Below are positions 23,066-33,089 of a stretch of 56,972 bases of DNA, piece after piece (within the stretch, counting starts at the first letter, position 1; every line of letters begins with the position of its first letter). Made by a program: the position numbers and the translations under genes. The notes below the pieces were generated by a model. The model had not been told where the DNA came from. It did not search any database and worked only from the letters and a program-made list of their open reading frames with translations. Origin of the DNA: an uncultured Gammaproteobacteria bacterium (GTDB lineage: Bacteria; Pseudomonadota; Gammaproteobacteria; SZUA-229); NCBI GenBank assembly GCA_963924875.1, contig CAWUSX010000007.1, forward strand, positions 1 through 56,972. Reading direction: 5' to 3'.

Positions 23066-25339
23066 TTACAGGCCCTGAACATATTGTGCATTAGTCGATA
23101 CCGGAATCATGCTATTCAATGTTTGCCCTGCTTCGTCATCACCGTTGATGATATTTTCAAAGTGTGTAATCAACTGCGCTTTATCTTGCTCGGCTTTAGA
23201 GCCCGCACCAATATTAGTTAGGTCAATAAAAAACTCATCAAATAAACCAGAAAGATCATTCACGATATCAAGGTTTAAAAACTGTTCGTCATTATAAATG
23301 CTTGGGTAGCCACCTTTTTGTTTATCAATGGCAAAAGAAACGCCTTTAACATTGGTAATAGTGGTGGCTTTGCTACATTTCAGCATACAGCCATCTTCGA
23401 TGCTGGGTTTTTTACAACCGACGGTTTGCTGAAAAAAGCATTGGCGGCTGGTCATCATTAAAATTGGGTGATAAATGCTGTATAGCAATTTGAAGTTATC
23501 TGGGCGTGCAATGTTTTTTATTTGCATGCGATTAATTTCGTTTGAAATAAAGGCGCCGGCACAGTTTAACTCTTCTTGCAGCGTTAATAGTGCATAAGAG
23601 TTGGTGGTGTTTAAAAAAGGCCCGGCAATCCATTCAATGCCCATTTCAAATGCTTTGTAGGCAATACCCGTATTATTACTCACGATACGCTCAGGCCTAA
23701 CGTGTTCGAGTAGGCGCACTGATTCGTCATAATCCTTGCCAATTAATACCGCAGGAAACCAGGGAATTAAACGTGGGTTGCGTAAAAAAATATCGATGAT
23801 TTTGTTGCAGTCGCTCTTCCAGCTTTCTGGCAGTTTGAAATACACATCAGCATCCGTCAGGTCACACAGGTAGCTATCTTTTTCGTCGGCTATTAATATT
23901 GATAATCCTGGTTGAGGCGCCGCTTTTATATTTTTAACTAATTGTGGCACTTCAACAAAGGGCGTTATTTCTACTAAATTATTTAACAACACAGCCGCCT
24001 GATTTTTTAAATCTGTAAGCTCTTTAAATGGAATACTTAAGCCAGCATCTATATCATCATTCAGTCCACTACATGTAAAACCTTCAATAAGGTAATCGTT
24101 GTTAGCAAAGTTTTTAAAACGTTTTTCTAATACGCCTTGATTAATGGACGATTCATTAGCAGGCCTGAGTGGTGACTTAGTTTGCAAGCGGTGGACTTTT
24201 TCGTTATCACCTATCGTTATGGTTAAACATAATGGCTCGTTTAAGTTTGCAGAAAAAGCTAATGTTAACGGTTGTCTGGCAATGCTGAGGTTTTTTATTT
24301 TTTCTGCGAGTTCTGCGCCGAGTTCATTTTTCTTCGTGTAAAGTTCCTGCTTTACGCTCTGCACATGTTCCACTGTTACGGCAATATTTTTATTAATGGC
24401 ATGTGTAGCGCTGTAATCACGCGGATTATCAATAAACATATCCTTGGTGAGATTGCCCTTTAAAAATGAGTTAGTAAAGTCACGATTAAAAACACGATAC
24501 AGATTAGAATTATCAGCCAACATTTTTCCTGATCCAGCAAACTCATTAAGCTGCTTTCGCCAGGTGTCAACCACGGTATAAACATAGTGTGCATTTTTGA
24601 TTCGGCCTTCAATTTTCAATGAATCAACTTCTGCATCCGCTAATTCCGGTAAATCAAAGTAAGCAGAATTATCTTTTAGGTTGAGGGGAAACCGATTTCC
24701 TGTCGCCGTAATTTCATATTCATCTCGACATGCCTGGCTGCAACTACCACGGTTACCTGAGTTACCCACACTCACCGAGCTGGAATAACACTGGCCAGAA
24801 AATGCGATACACAGGGCGCCATGCACAAAAACTTCGGTGAGTACGTTGTGCTCATGAGCCAGTGCCGTTAAAGATTTTATTTCGCCAATATTTAATTCAC
24901 GAGATAAGTTAATGCGTGTTGCGCCAATTTTTGCCAAAAACAATATCTGGCCTTCGTTATGCGTCGTCATCTGAGTGGAGGCGTGAATACTTAAACCTGG
25001 AAAATATTTTTTTACAAGGTTGAAAACCCCAAGATCCTGCACAATAATCCCGTCTATACCCGTGTTTACCAGCTTGTTCAATAGTTTGATTAAAGCAGGC
25101 ATCTCCTGCTCCAGGATAACCACGTTTAAGGTTAAAAACACCTCGCAATCGTACTCGTGTGCCAGGCGTAAGACCCCGGATAAGTCTTCAAAAGTAAGGT
25201 TAGAAGCCCGGTTTCGGGCATTAAAATTATCCAGACCACAGTAAACCGCATCGGCACCGGCAATCACAGCGGCTTTAATAGCTTCAACATCGCCGCCAGG
25301 CGCTAATAATTCAATCTTTCTATGTAAATTGTGACTCAT
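23066..25339 (-). CDS. U32 peptidase family Fe-S protein, long RlhA-like form (probable RNA hydroxylase)
   Basis: ELLAPGG, GADAVYCG, HASTQMT, EVFVHGALCIAFSGQC...NRGSCSQACR, SLKIEGR; 757 aa. Confidence 0.85.
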   Translation of the reverse strand: MSHNLHRKIELLAPGGDVEAIKAAVIAGADAVYCGLDNFNARNRASNLTFEDLSGVLRLAHEYDCEVFLTLNVVILEQEMPALIKLLNKLVNTGIDGIIVQDLGVFNLVKKYFPGLSIHASTQMTTHNEGQILFLAKIGATRINLSRELNIGEIKSLTALAHEHNVLTEVFVHGALCIAFSGQCYSSSVSVGNSGNRGSCSQACRDEYEITATGNRFPLNLKDNSAYFDLPELADAEVDSLKIEGRIKNAHYVYTVVDTWRKQLNEFAGSGKMLADNSNLYRVFNRDFTNSFLKGNLTKDMFIDNPRDYSATHAINKNIAVTVEHVQSVKQELYTKKNELGAELAEKIKNLSIARQPLTLAFSANLNEPLCLTITIGDNEKVHRLQTKSPLRPANESSINQGVLEKRFKNFANNDYLIEGFTCSGLNDDIDAGLSIPFKELTDLKNQAAVLLNNLVEITPFVEVPQLVKNIKAAPQPGLSILIADEKDSYLCDLTDADVYFKLPESWKSDCNKIIDIFLRNPRLIPWFPAVLIGKDYDESVRLLEHVRPERIVSNNTGIAYKAFEMGIEWIAGPFLNTTNSYALLTLQEELNCAGAFISNEINRMQIKNIARPDNFKLLYSIYHPILMMTSRQCFFQQTVGCKKPSIEDGCMLKCSKATTITNVKGVSFAIDKQKGGYPSIYNDEQFLNLDIVNDLSGLFDEFFIDLTNIGAGSKAEQDKAQLITHFENIINGDDEAGQTLNSMIPVSTNAQYVQGL

Positions 25340-25435
25340 TGTGCACTCGGTATTCTCTGGCAGGCCAGTTAAATGTGGAATTAAAGCTGGAATTCTAACG
25401 GGAACTAAAGTGTATAGCTATGGATTAAAACTAAC

Positions 25436-25597
25436 TTACGAGTCGGGATGAGCTTCTCCTTCAAAGTAACCATCTCTACCTCCATCAGCATCTGGCCCAA
25501 ATCCAGTATGGCCTGAATCGAGTTCTTTTAGAGCTAGCATATTTACTAAATGTTCAAACGCATGAGAATCGAGATAGTGAGTTTATAATTATTTGAT
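25436..25597 (-). pseudogene. Fragment of an Mrr-like restriction-endonuclease domain
   Basis: Frame from 25573: LDSHAFEHLVNMLALKELDSGHTGFGPDADGGRDGYFEGEAHPDS*; FE...DGGRD signature; no in-frame start and truncated. Confidence 0.6.
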
Positions 25598-25860
25598 ATA
25601 TTGCTTTAATGCCATAACCACTCGAATCACTAATGTCAAACTCGATTGAGGTCATACCATTGATTCATAGCAACCAGGCTTAAGATGCATTGTTCCAATA
25701 TTATCAAGCTAATGCAGACCTTCGTTATAGTGTCACAGTCGGTCGTCGTCCAATCATATGCGGACTATTGTGCTATTAGTTTTCAAAGTGACTTACCATA
25801 AAACGATTATTTTATAATACTAATCTGGCATTTTGGCAGTGCTGAAATCCGACGTTTAGC

Positions 25861-25894
25861 GGTGTTGGAGTCGGCGGTTTTCGACTCCGATACC
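25861..25894. repeat. GC-rich hairpin next to direct repeat copy 1
   Basis: GGTGTTGGAGTCG-gcggtttt-CGACTCCGATACC, 13-bp stem with two G:T pairs. Confidence 0.7.
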
Positions 25895-25934
25895 TAACAG
25901 GACAAGATCGACAAGTTGGAATATTTTGACTCCG
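25895..25934 (+). repeat. 40-bp direct repeat, copy 1
   Basis: TAACAGGACAAGATCGACAAGTTGGAATATTTTGACTCCG, identical to 26931-26970. Confidence 0.95.
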
Positions 25935-26005
25935 AGCCTTAAAATATTTGCTAAGTGATAAAAACTAAGCCACCTTCACTGCCACGCGGTTACCTCGATA
26001 TGTCA

Positions 26006-26749
26006 TCAAGCCAATGCCTTCCATAACAGAGAGCCGCCACTGATTAACAATAAGCCACCAATAAGCATTAATTGCTGGCGGTGGCTAATCCCTGTGTGAA
26101 CCTTGTTACCTAAATAGAGCGCAAACCCCACCAGCGGTAACGTCATTAGCAGGGCACTTAACATATCAGGCTGTAGCAACAGGCCAAAGGCCAGAAAGGT
26201 AATAACACGTAATGCACCATCAAGCATAAGCAGGCCAGAAATGGTGCCACGTAATTGCGTTTTATCATGCAGGCGATGCGCAAGGTACACCACATACGGC
26301 GGGCCACCTGTACCAAACAGCGCGCCAATTAAGCCACCGCTAAATCCAGTGGGTATACTCCACCAACGACTAACTGGTTTTTCGCTGTGCACATTAAACA
26401 CATAACGAAGGCCAAAAAAGATAACGAACAAGCCGAGCGCGACCATCAATGGCTCACGTGGCAAATTAACCAGCAGGGATGATCCGATCAAAATACCAAT
26501 AATGCTTAGTGGTAATAAAAAACGAATTTCATCCCAGCGCACCTGCAGACGCATATACCGACTGAGCACCATCGACGAGACAAAATCCAGCACTAGCACC
26601 AAAGGAACAACAAAGGTTAAAGGCAGGAAATGAGCTAATAATGGTACAGCGATTAAAGCCGAACCAAAGCCCGTAATGCCACGTAAGAAATACGCGAACA
26701 GAATAATAAAAAATGCGGCAAGATACGTATCGGGTGTCATAGGGAGCAT
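26006..26749 (-). CDS. Sulfite exporter TauE/SafE (TSUP) family protein
   Basis: GITGFGSALIAVPLL, GGLIGALFGTGGPPYVVYL; about 8 hydrophobic helices. Confidence 0.88.
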   Translation of the reverse strand: MLPMTPDTYLAAFFIILFAYFLRGITGFGSALIAVPLLAHFLPLTFVVPLVLVLDFVSSMVLSRYMRLQVRWDEIRFLLPLSIIGILIGSSLLVNLPREPLMVALGLFVIFFGLRYVFNVHSEKPVSRWWSIPTGFSGGLIGALFGTGGPPYVVYLAHRLHDKTQLRGTISGLLMLDGALRVITFLAFGLLLQPDMLSALLMTLPLVGFALYLGNKVHTGISHRQQLMLIGGLLLISGGSLLWKALA

Positions 26750-26930
26750 AGGCTCGGTAAGGTTTATATTAGCCTGTGATTAAAGGGGATACTATTGTTA
26801 TTAAACTTAAAGGCAATGAATAAATTAGTTTTTAAAAAATAAAAACCATAACTTTTTAACCCCTTCCTACCCTTTTACTCAATACTCTTTTTAACTCAGA
26901 TGTAAAAAACCCTTTCTCAGCTCACAATTA

Positions 26931-26970
26931 TAACAGGACAAGATCGACAAGTTGGAATATTTTGACTCCG
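26931..26970 (+). repeat. 40-bp direct repeat, copy 2
   Basis: Identical to 25895-25934. Confidence 0.95.
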
Positions 26971-27006
26971 CCCCTAAATATTGAAGATCGCACTGCAAAC
27001 ATAAGA

Positions 27007-27435
27007 TCATGCAGCACAACTATTTTTTTCAATAACCCTGACCTGCTGTTTCATAAGATCAACAATTGCATACACACCAACGTGACGATTGGGAGACAGA
27101 TTTTCATCAAGCTTCAAGCGCTCGAAGAATTCATCAACATCGAGCTTTTTAATTTCATCCGAGGTCATGTTCTCTGTGAGCTGTATGAGAAGTGCCAGCA
27201 CTCCTTTTATTATGCTGGTATCACAGTCACCTGAAAAATAGATGCTATTGTCAGCCTGTTTTCTGTGTGCTGAAACCCACACCTGTGACATGCAGCCTTT
27301 TACTTTATTTTTTTCAGTTCTGTCTGCGTCTGACATTGCTGGCAACTGCTCTCCTAATTCTGTGAGATAAGCATATCGCTGGTCCCAGTCTCCAAGCAGC
27401 TCGAATATATCAACCATTTCATCTAGTGTAGTCAT
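27007..27435 (-). CDS. sufE: Sulfur acceptor protein SufE
   Basis: DWDQRYAYLTELG, VKGCMSQVW (active Cys), LSPNRHVG. Confidence 0.92.
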   Translation of the reverse strand: MTTLDEMVDIFELLGDWDQRYAYLTELGEQLPAMSDADRTEKNKVKGCMSQVWVSAHRKQADNSIYFSGDCDTSIIKGVLALLIQLTENMTSDEIKKLDVDEFFERLKLDENLSPNRHVGVYAIVDLMKQQVRVIEKNSCAA

Positions 27436-27453
27436 TATTGCTCCACATTTGAA

Positions 27454-27780
27454 TTAAACAGAAAAAGACTCACCACAGCCGCACATTTCCTGAATATTCG
27501 GGTTAATAAAATCAAATCCCTGATTCAGTACATTGCTCTTCTGGTAATCTAAGGTCATACCATCAATGTGAATAAGGCTATTTTTATCAATCACAACGGT
27601 AATACCCTGCGTGTCAAATGTGACGTCATCGTCTTTAATTTCATCAGCATAATCGACCACATAGGCAAACCCGGTACAGCCAGATTTTTTTGTTCCCAGG
27701 CGTAAACCAAGTCCCTTGCCTCTTTGTTGAAGCATCTTGTTGACATGTTGTGCTGCAAATTCTGTTAATGTAATCGCCAT
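27454..27780 (-). CDS. sufA: A-type Fe-S carrier SufA/IscA
   Basis: KKSGCTGFAY, CGCGESF. Confidence 0.92.
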   Translation of the reverse strand: MAITLTEFAAQHVNKMLQQRGKGLGLRLGTKKSGCTGFAYVVDYADEIKDDDVTFDTQGITVVIDKNSLIHIDGMTLDYQKSNVLNQGFDFINPNIQEMCGCGESFSV

Positions 27781-27806
27781 ATAATTATCTCCAATTAAAA
27801 TGCCTG

Positions 27807-28196
27807 TTAAAAAAGTCCGAGTGCAAGCTTTCCTTCATCACTTATCATCTCTCTGCTCCAGGGGGGATCCCAGACCAGAGACACCGTAGCACTGTTAACG
27901 CCGTCCAGCGAACTCACTACAGATTCAACCTGACCTGGCAAAGTGCCTGCAACAGGACATGCGGGTGCGGTTAGTGTCATTTCAATAGACACATCATTAT
28001 CATCATTAAGTTCAATTTTATAAATCAAACCCAGATCATAAATATTCACAGAAATTTCCGGATCAAAAATTCCGCGAATAGCCGTCACAATCTGAACATC
28101 CAGCGGATCATCCGGGTTTATTTCAAACTCGGGTTCCTTAAGCTCTAAGGATGTTTCTGTAATATCTCGCTGAGAAATAATTGGTTTATTTAACAT
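27807..28196 (-). CDS. sufT: DUF59 Fe-S maturation protein SufT
   Basis: IFDPEISVNIYDLGLIY, MTLTAPACPVA, WDPPW. Confidence 0.9.
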   Translation of the reverse strand: MLNKPIISQRDITETSLELKEPEFEINPDDPLDVQIVTAIRGIFDPEISVNIYDLGLIYKIELNDDNDVSIEMTLTAPACPVAGTLPGQVESVVSSLDGVNSATVSLVWDPPWSREMISDEGKLALGLF

Positions 28197-29529
28197 TAGC
28201 CTGACTCTCAACTTGTAGTGTGTTTTTCACAGCCCTGTTAAGGTATTCCTGTATACACTCTATATTAATGTTATTAATTATTTCGCCGGCAAAACCCAGG
28301 CACAGCATCTTCTTTGCTAGCTGTTCACTAATACCTCTCGAGCGCAGATAAAAAATCTGCTGAGGCTCTAATTGCCCTATGGTTGTACCATGGCTACACT
28401 TGACGTCATCTGCATAAATTTCAAGTTGCGGTTTGGAATCAATTTCTGCCTGTCGGCTTAACATGAGATTTTTATTTGATAAATGTGCAGCTGTTTTCTG
28501 TGCATCTTTTGCAACGTATATCAAACCATCGAATATTGCTCTGCCTTTGCCGTACAATATGCCCTTGAAGTTTTCGGTGCTCGAACAGTTTGCAACATCG
28601 TGACGTATATTCAGATGAAAGTCCTGCGTCTGTCCATCTCCTACCATATATAATCCATTCAAATGACAGGCTGCAAATTCCGCTTTAAAATCGACATTAA
28701 ATTCAGTTCTGGACCATGCACCACCTAATGAAATGCTGCTGTTGTTATAAACACTATATGCCTGTTGTGAGAGAAATACACTGCCTAGATGATAAGCCGT
28801 TGGGCTTTCCTCCTGCAAACGATAATGTTGCAGATTAGCACTCTCTTCGAGCACCACTTCAGTCAGATTGTTATTCAGGTAATGTGAGTCACCAGTGCTA
28901 ATATAACGTTCTATGAGTGTTGCAGAAGCCTCCTTTCCAAGCACACACAAATTCCTTGGCTGAATAATCAGCGCATTATCAACACTTAAGCTGACATTAA
29001 TTACCTCAATCGGTTTTTCGAGTTTAATGCCATCTTCTATATGCAGAAACAGTCCATCATTAATCAGCGCCGTATTCAGCGCAGAAAATACATGCTGATA
29101 ATGTTTTGCGGCATGTCCGAACCAGCTTGCCAGCATATCCGTGTCTGTTTTTAGAGCATCACGCAGACCACCAAGTTTTACCCCCTGCGGCAAGTTTTGA
29201 ATATTCGAAAGATGAGGCATAAAACGTCCGTTAGTAAATACCAGACGGTATGTATCTATATCCGTAATAAAGTGCTCATCGATATCCACTTGCTGAATCG
29301 CATCAAGCTCTTCATCAACAGGTGAGTACTGGTTTTTAAACAGACTATCGATATTTGAATATTTCCACAGCTCCTGCTTACGGTTCGGCGCTGTGTAATC
29401 TTGCAACTGCAGCTGTGCATTATTGCGTATATCTTTAAACCATTCGACCTGTTCAGTATCAGTAACCTTTACGGCCTTGTCGATAATCTGCTTTAACCAC
29501 TGTTCAGCGTCATTTGCTAATGTGCTCAT
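28186..29529 (-). CDS. sufD: Fe-S assembly protein SufD
   Basis: ELWKYS, IDSKPQLEIYADDVKCSHGTTIGQL, FYLRSRGI. Confidence 0.95.
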   Translation of the reverse strand: MSTLANDAEQWLKQIIDKAVKVTDTEQVEWFKDIRNNAQLQLQDYTAPNRKQELWKYSNIDSLFKNQYSPVDEELDAIQQVDIDEHFITDIDTYRLVFTNGRFMPHLSNIQNLPQGVKLGGLRDALKTDTDMLASWFGHAAKHYQHVFSALNTALINDGLFLHIEDGIKLEKPIEVINVSLSVDNALIIQPRNLCVLGKEASATLIERYISTGDSHYLNNNLTEVVLEESANLQHYRLQEESPTAYHLGSVFLSQQAYSVYNNSSISLGGAWSRTEFNVDFKAEFAACHLNGLYMVGDGQTQDFHLNIRHDVANCSSTENFKGILYGKGRAIFDGLIYVAKDAQKTAAHLSNKNLMLSRQAEIDSKPQLEIYADDVKCSHGTTIGQLEPQQIFYLRSRGISEQLAKKMLCLGFAGEIINNINIECIQEYLNRAVKNTLQVESQANVK

Positions 29530-30278
29530 GCGGCCACCTCAGGTTTCAACCAGTCATAACCCTTTTCTTCAAGTTCTAATGCCAGGCTCTTGTCGCCTGA
29601 TTTAACAATCTGCCCATCTACCAGAACATGGACAAAATCGGGCTCAATATAATCGAGCAGACGCTGGTAATGGGTTACCACTATCATTGCCCGATTTTCG
29701 TTTCGTAAAGCATTAACCCCTTCTGCGACAATTCGTAGCGCATCGATATCGAGCCCGGAATCTGTTTCGTCGAGTATCGCCAGCTTGGGTTCTAACAAAG
29801 CCATTTGCAGTATCTCATTGCGTTTTTTTTCTCCACCTGAGAAACCGCAATTCACATCCCGTTTTAACAATTTCTCATCCAGATTAATCGTCGCTGCTGT
29901 TTGTTTTATGAGTTTCATAAATGCGATCGCATCCAGCACTTTCTCACCTCTTGCTGAGCGAATAGCATTTAGTGATTCCTTTAGGAAAACCATATTGTTT
30001 ACACCGGGCAATTCAACCGGATATTGCATCGCAAGAAAGATTCCTCTGTGCGCACGTTCTTCTATAGCCAGATCAAGCAAATTATCATTTTCAAAAGTCA
30101 CTTGCCCCTGCGTCACACTATATCCATCGCGACCAGAGAGAATATGCGACAAGGTACTTTTGCCCGCACCGTTAGGCCCCATAATGGCATGCACTTCACC
30201 TGCATTAACATTCAGGTTTAAACCTTTGAGTATTTGCTTACCTGCAACTTCTGCATGTAAATTTTTTATTGATATCAT
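29526..30278 (-). CDS. sufC: Fe-S assembly ATPase SufC
   Basis: GPNGAGKST, FSGGEKKRNE, LDETDSGLDIDAL. Confidence 0.97.
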   Translation of the reverse strand: MISIKNLHAEVAGKQILKGLNLNVNAGEVHAIMGPNGAGKSTLSHILSGRDGYSVTQGQVTFENDNLLDLAIEERAHRGIFLAMQYPVELPGVNNMVFLKESLNAIRSARGEKVLDAIAFMKLIKQTAATINLDEKLLKRDVNCGFSGGEKKRNEILQMALLEPKLAILDETDSGLDIDALRIVAEGVNALRNENRAMIVVTHYQRLLDYIEPDFVHVLVDGQIVKSGDKSLALELEEKGYDWLKPEVAA

Positions 30279-30294
30279 TTTTTAAACCTCTCGT

Positions 30295-31743
30295 TTATCC
30301 AACGGCCCCTTCAAGGGTGACATTAAGTAACTTTCTTGCTTCAACGGCAAATTCCATCGGCAGCTCGTTAAACACCTCCTTACAGAAACCATTCACGATC
30401 ATGGATACTGCATCCTCTTCAGAAAGCCCTCGCTGCTGACAGTAGAACAACTGGTCCTCACCAATTTTTGAGGTGCTCGCCTCATGCTCAACTTTTGCTG
30501 TGGGGTTTGCCACCTCTATGTAGGGAAAAGTATGTGCGCCACACTTATCACCAATCAGTAATGAATCACACTGACTATAATTTCGCGCATTTTCACCACC
30601 TTGCATAACCTTCACCAGACCACGGTAGGTATTCTGCCCCTGACCTGCGGAAATACCTTTGGCAACAATCGTGCTCTTACTGTTTTCACCAATATGAATC
30701 ATTTTGGTACCGGTATCTGCCTGCTGTTTGCCACGACTCACCGCAACTGAATAGAACTCACCAATCGAGTCTTTACCGGTCAGAATACAACTGGGATATT
30801 TCCAGGTAATCGCCGAACCGGTCTCTACCTGTGTCCATGAAATGTGTGAGCGATCACCCTGGCAAATTCCACGTTTGGTTACAAAGTTATATATTCCGCC
30901 CTTACCCTCGGCATCACCGGGATACCAGTTCTGCACTGTAGAATATTTTATTTTTGCATCTTCTTTCGCCACCAGCTCAACCACTGCCGCATGAAGCTGG
31001 TTCTCATCACGCATTGGCGCGGTACAACCTTCCAGATAACTGACATAACTATTATCTTCAGCAACAATCAATGTTCGCTCAAACTGTCCGGTATTGGCTT
31101 CGTTAATTCTGAAATAGGTTGATAGCTCCATAGGGCATCGTACGCCACTGGGTATATAAACGAAGGTGCCATCAGTGAACACCGCCGCATTCAGGCAGGC
31201 AAAATAATTGTCTCTATCGGGCACAACTGAGCCCATATATTTTTTCACCAGCTCGGGATAATCTTGTACGGCTTCTGACATAGAACAGAAAATCACACCG
31301 GCATCAGCCAGCTTTCCACGGAAGGTTGTTGCGACCGAAACACTGTCGAATACCGCATCAACCGCAATCCCCGCGAGTGCCATCTGCTCTTCAATAGGAA
31401 TACCCAGCTTGTTGTAGGTATCTCGTATTTCGGGGTCAATTTCATCCAGACTTTTCGGCCCATCAGAAAGATTTTTTGGCGCTGAATAATACGATATAGC
31501 CTGAAAATCAATAGGCTGTATATCCAGCTTTGCCCAGTGTGGTGGTGTCATACCAAGCCACTTTTTATAGGCAGATAGTCGCTTTTTCAACATCCATTCG
31601 GGTTCATTCTTTTTTGACGAAATCAGCCTTATGACATCTTCATTAAGTCCGGGTGGAACCGTGTCTGATTCAATGTTAGTTATAAAACCATGCTCATAAC
31701 CACTATCGATGAGTTGCTCTATATCTTTAGGTGAAGTGCTCAT
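30295..31743 (-). CDS. sufB: Fe-S assembly scaffold SufB
   Basis: [44 protein letters not shown]. Confidence 0.97.
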   Translation of the reverse strand: MSTSPKDIEQLIDSGYEHGFITNIESDTVPPGLNEDVIRLISSKKNEPEWMLKKRLSAYKKWLGMTPPHWAKLDIQPIDFQAISYYSAPKNLSDGPKSLDEIDPEIRDTYNKLGIPIEEQMALAGIAVDAVFDSVSVATTFRGKLADAGVIFCSMSEAVQDYPELVKKYMGSVVPDRDNYFACLNAAVFTDGTFVYIPSGVRCPMELSTYFRINEANTGQFERTLIVAEDNSYVSYLEGCTAPMRDENQLHAAVVELVAKEDAKIKYSTVQNWYPGDAEGKGGIYNFVTKRGICQGDRSHISWTQVETGSAITWKYPSCILTGKDSIGEFYSVAVSRGKQQADTGTKMIHIGENSKSTIVAKGISAGQGQNTYRGLVKVMQGGENARNYSQCDSLLIGDKCGAHTFPYIEVANPTAKVEHEASTSKIGEDQLFYCQQRGLSEEDAVSMIVNGFCKEVFNELPMEFAVEARKLLNVTLEGAVG

Positions 31744-31764
31744 ACCCTACATCCTTTGGCGTTA

Positions 31765-31789
31765 ATACCTTACTAAATTACTCAGGTAT
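31765..31789. promoter_or_regulatory. IscR type-1-like box 1
   Basis: Reverse complement ATACCTGAGTAATTTAGTAAGGTAT versus consensus ATASYYGACTRWWWYAGTCRRSTAT; 21 bp upstream of the sufB ATG. Confidence 0.75.
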
Positions 31790-31836
31790 TTATAGGCCTT
31801 TATTGGATGAGTTTCAACGCCTTTATTTGTAGGCTT

Positions 31837-31861
31837 ATTCCTGACTAAACTAGTAGGTTAT
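31837..31861. promoter_or_regulatory. IscR type-1-like box 2
   Basis: ATTCCTGACTAAACTAGTAGGTTAT. Confidence 0.7.
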
Positions 31862-32107
31862 TATGCACCACTCATTCTGCTATATCGCAGAGACAAAAAC
31901 ATAAGCCATTACTAAGCTCTAATATCGACTAATAATGAGCATGTACATGCCTATCACTAATTCTAGATTGTTTCTATAAATTGCTGTTTCTAATGCTTTT
32001 TATCGAGTAATTATATATTAAAAAAGGCTCGTTAGAATATTTTGTGTATGCAAGATACTACGTTCTGTACTGCTATAGATTTCGACTTTGATGAATACCA
32101 TCAGGAA

Positions 32108-32169
32108 TAATATGACTAATTTACTCACAACATCTATATACTAAATTACCTACTAAAACACTCGGGTAT
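32108..32169. promoter_or_regulatory. IscR type-1-like boxes 3 (weak) and 4, upstream of the divergent small ORF
   Basis: TAATATGACTAATTTACTCACAACA (32108-32132) and ATTACCTACTAAAACACTCGGGTAT (32145-32169; reverse complement ATACCCGAGTGTTTTAGTAGGTAAT). Confidence 0.6.
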
Positions 32170-32240
32170 TACATAGTTCAGGTTAATTTAAATATGCTTT
32201 ATTTAACTAAATGGGCAGAACCAACGCAGGAGAAATTGAG

Positions 32241-32435
32241 ATGACTGATAAAAAAGACCTGATAGCAACAGACAGTGAGCACCACATTGAAGAAAGACTT
32301 TTTCAGGATTACCTGGGAGTTAACCTCTATGACTTAAGCGTGTCATCTTTCCTGGAGGTTTCTGCCAGACACTTCGGTGTGTTTTATGAGCAGGACCCTT
32401 ACGGTGAAAAAGACGACAGGTATTTGATTAATTAA
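32241..32435 (+). CDS. Small acidic hypothetical protein (64 aa), divergent from suf
   Basis: AGGAG RBS 8 nt before ATG 32241; MTDKKDLIATDSEHHIEERLFQDYLG... Confidence 0.55.
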   Translation: MTDKKDLIATDSEHHIEERLFQDYLGVNLYDLSVSSFLEVSARHFGVFYEQDPYGEKDDRYLIN

Positions 32436-32717
32436 TATCCACTACTGATGAAGTTTAATCCTGATAGAAATTAACCTGTACATATATAACAAATATCAGG
32501 GCCCCCTTTAATCACCACCTTTTTATATTGGAGGCTAGTAAACATCTACTTTGTATAATTTGGTTAAAAATGCCTGACTTGACGTCACACCTGAATGTAT
32601 TCAACTACACTTGAGAAGTGCGTCTTAAGATGATAATAGATGCTGCTGTCAACACACACTGCGTGAGCTGGGAATACCTTCGCGACATCAACTCAAATTA
32701 ATGAGACATCTGCATCA

Positions 32718-33089
32718 ATGCAACGCTTAACGACTTCATCAGCTCACACCTCACGCCTCTGGCGCCTACTTTGTGATCTCCGCATCCGCCAACTATTGTT
32801 GCTGGTATTTTGCCTGCTCAGCCTTATTACTGTCTCGGCCATCAGCTGGAATGCTATACAGGTTTTTAAGCAGTACGGTGAAGCCGAACGGATGTCTGGC
32901 ATTAATGCCATTGCTCAACGTGCCCTGGCCCTCAATGCCGTGCTGGCACGCGAGCGGGGTTTCACCGCTGCCCTACTGGCCCAGCCCAATAGCCATAACC
33001 TGAAGACCCAGCAGCAATTGTCTCTGCTTCAGGAAGATTCCGATCAGGACTTGCGCCTGTTATATAAAGCCCTGGGTGAACATAGCTGA
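32718..33089 (+). pseudogene. Truncated N-terminus of a membrane sensor (TM helix plus start of a NIT-like domain)
   Basis: LRIRQLLLL TM segment, then LARERGFTA resembling the NIT (LQ)RERG motif; ends after 123 aa with no signalling domain. Confidence 0.5.

Noticed and set aside
25895-26970. CRISPR array from the 40-bp repeats
   Set aside because: Only two copies about 1 kb apart with a gene between them; no cas genes.
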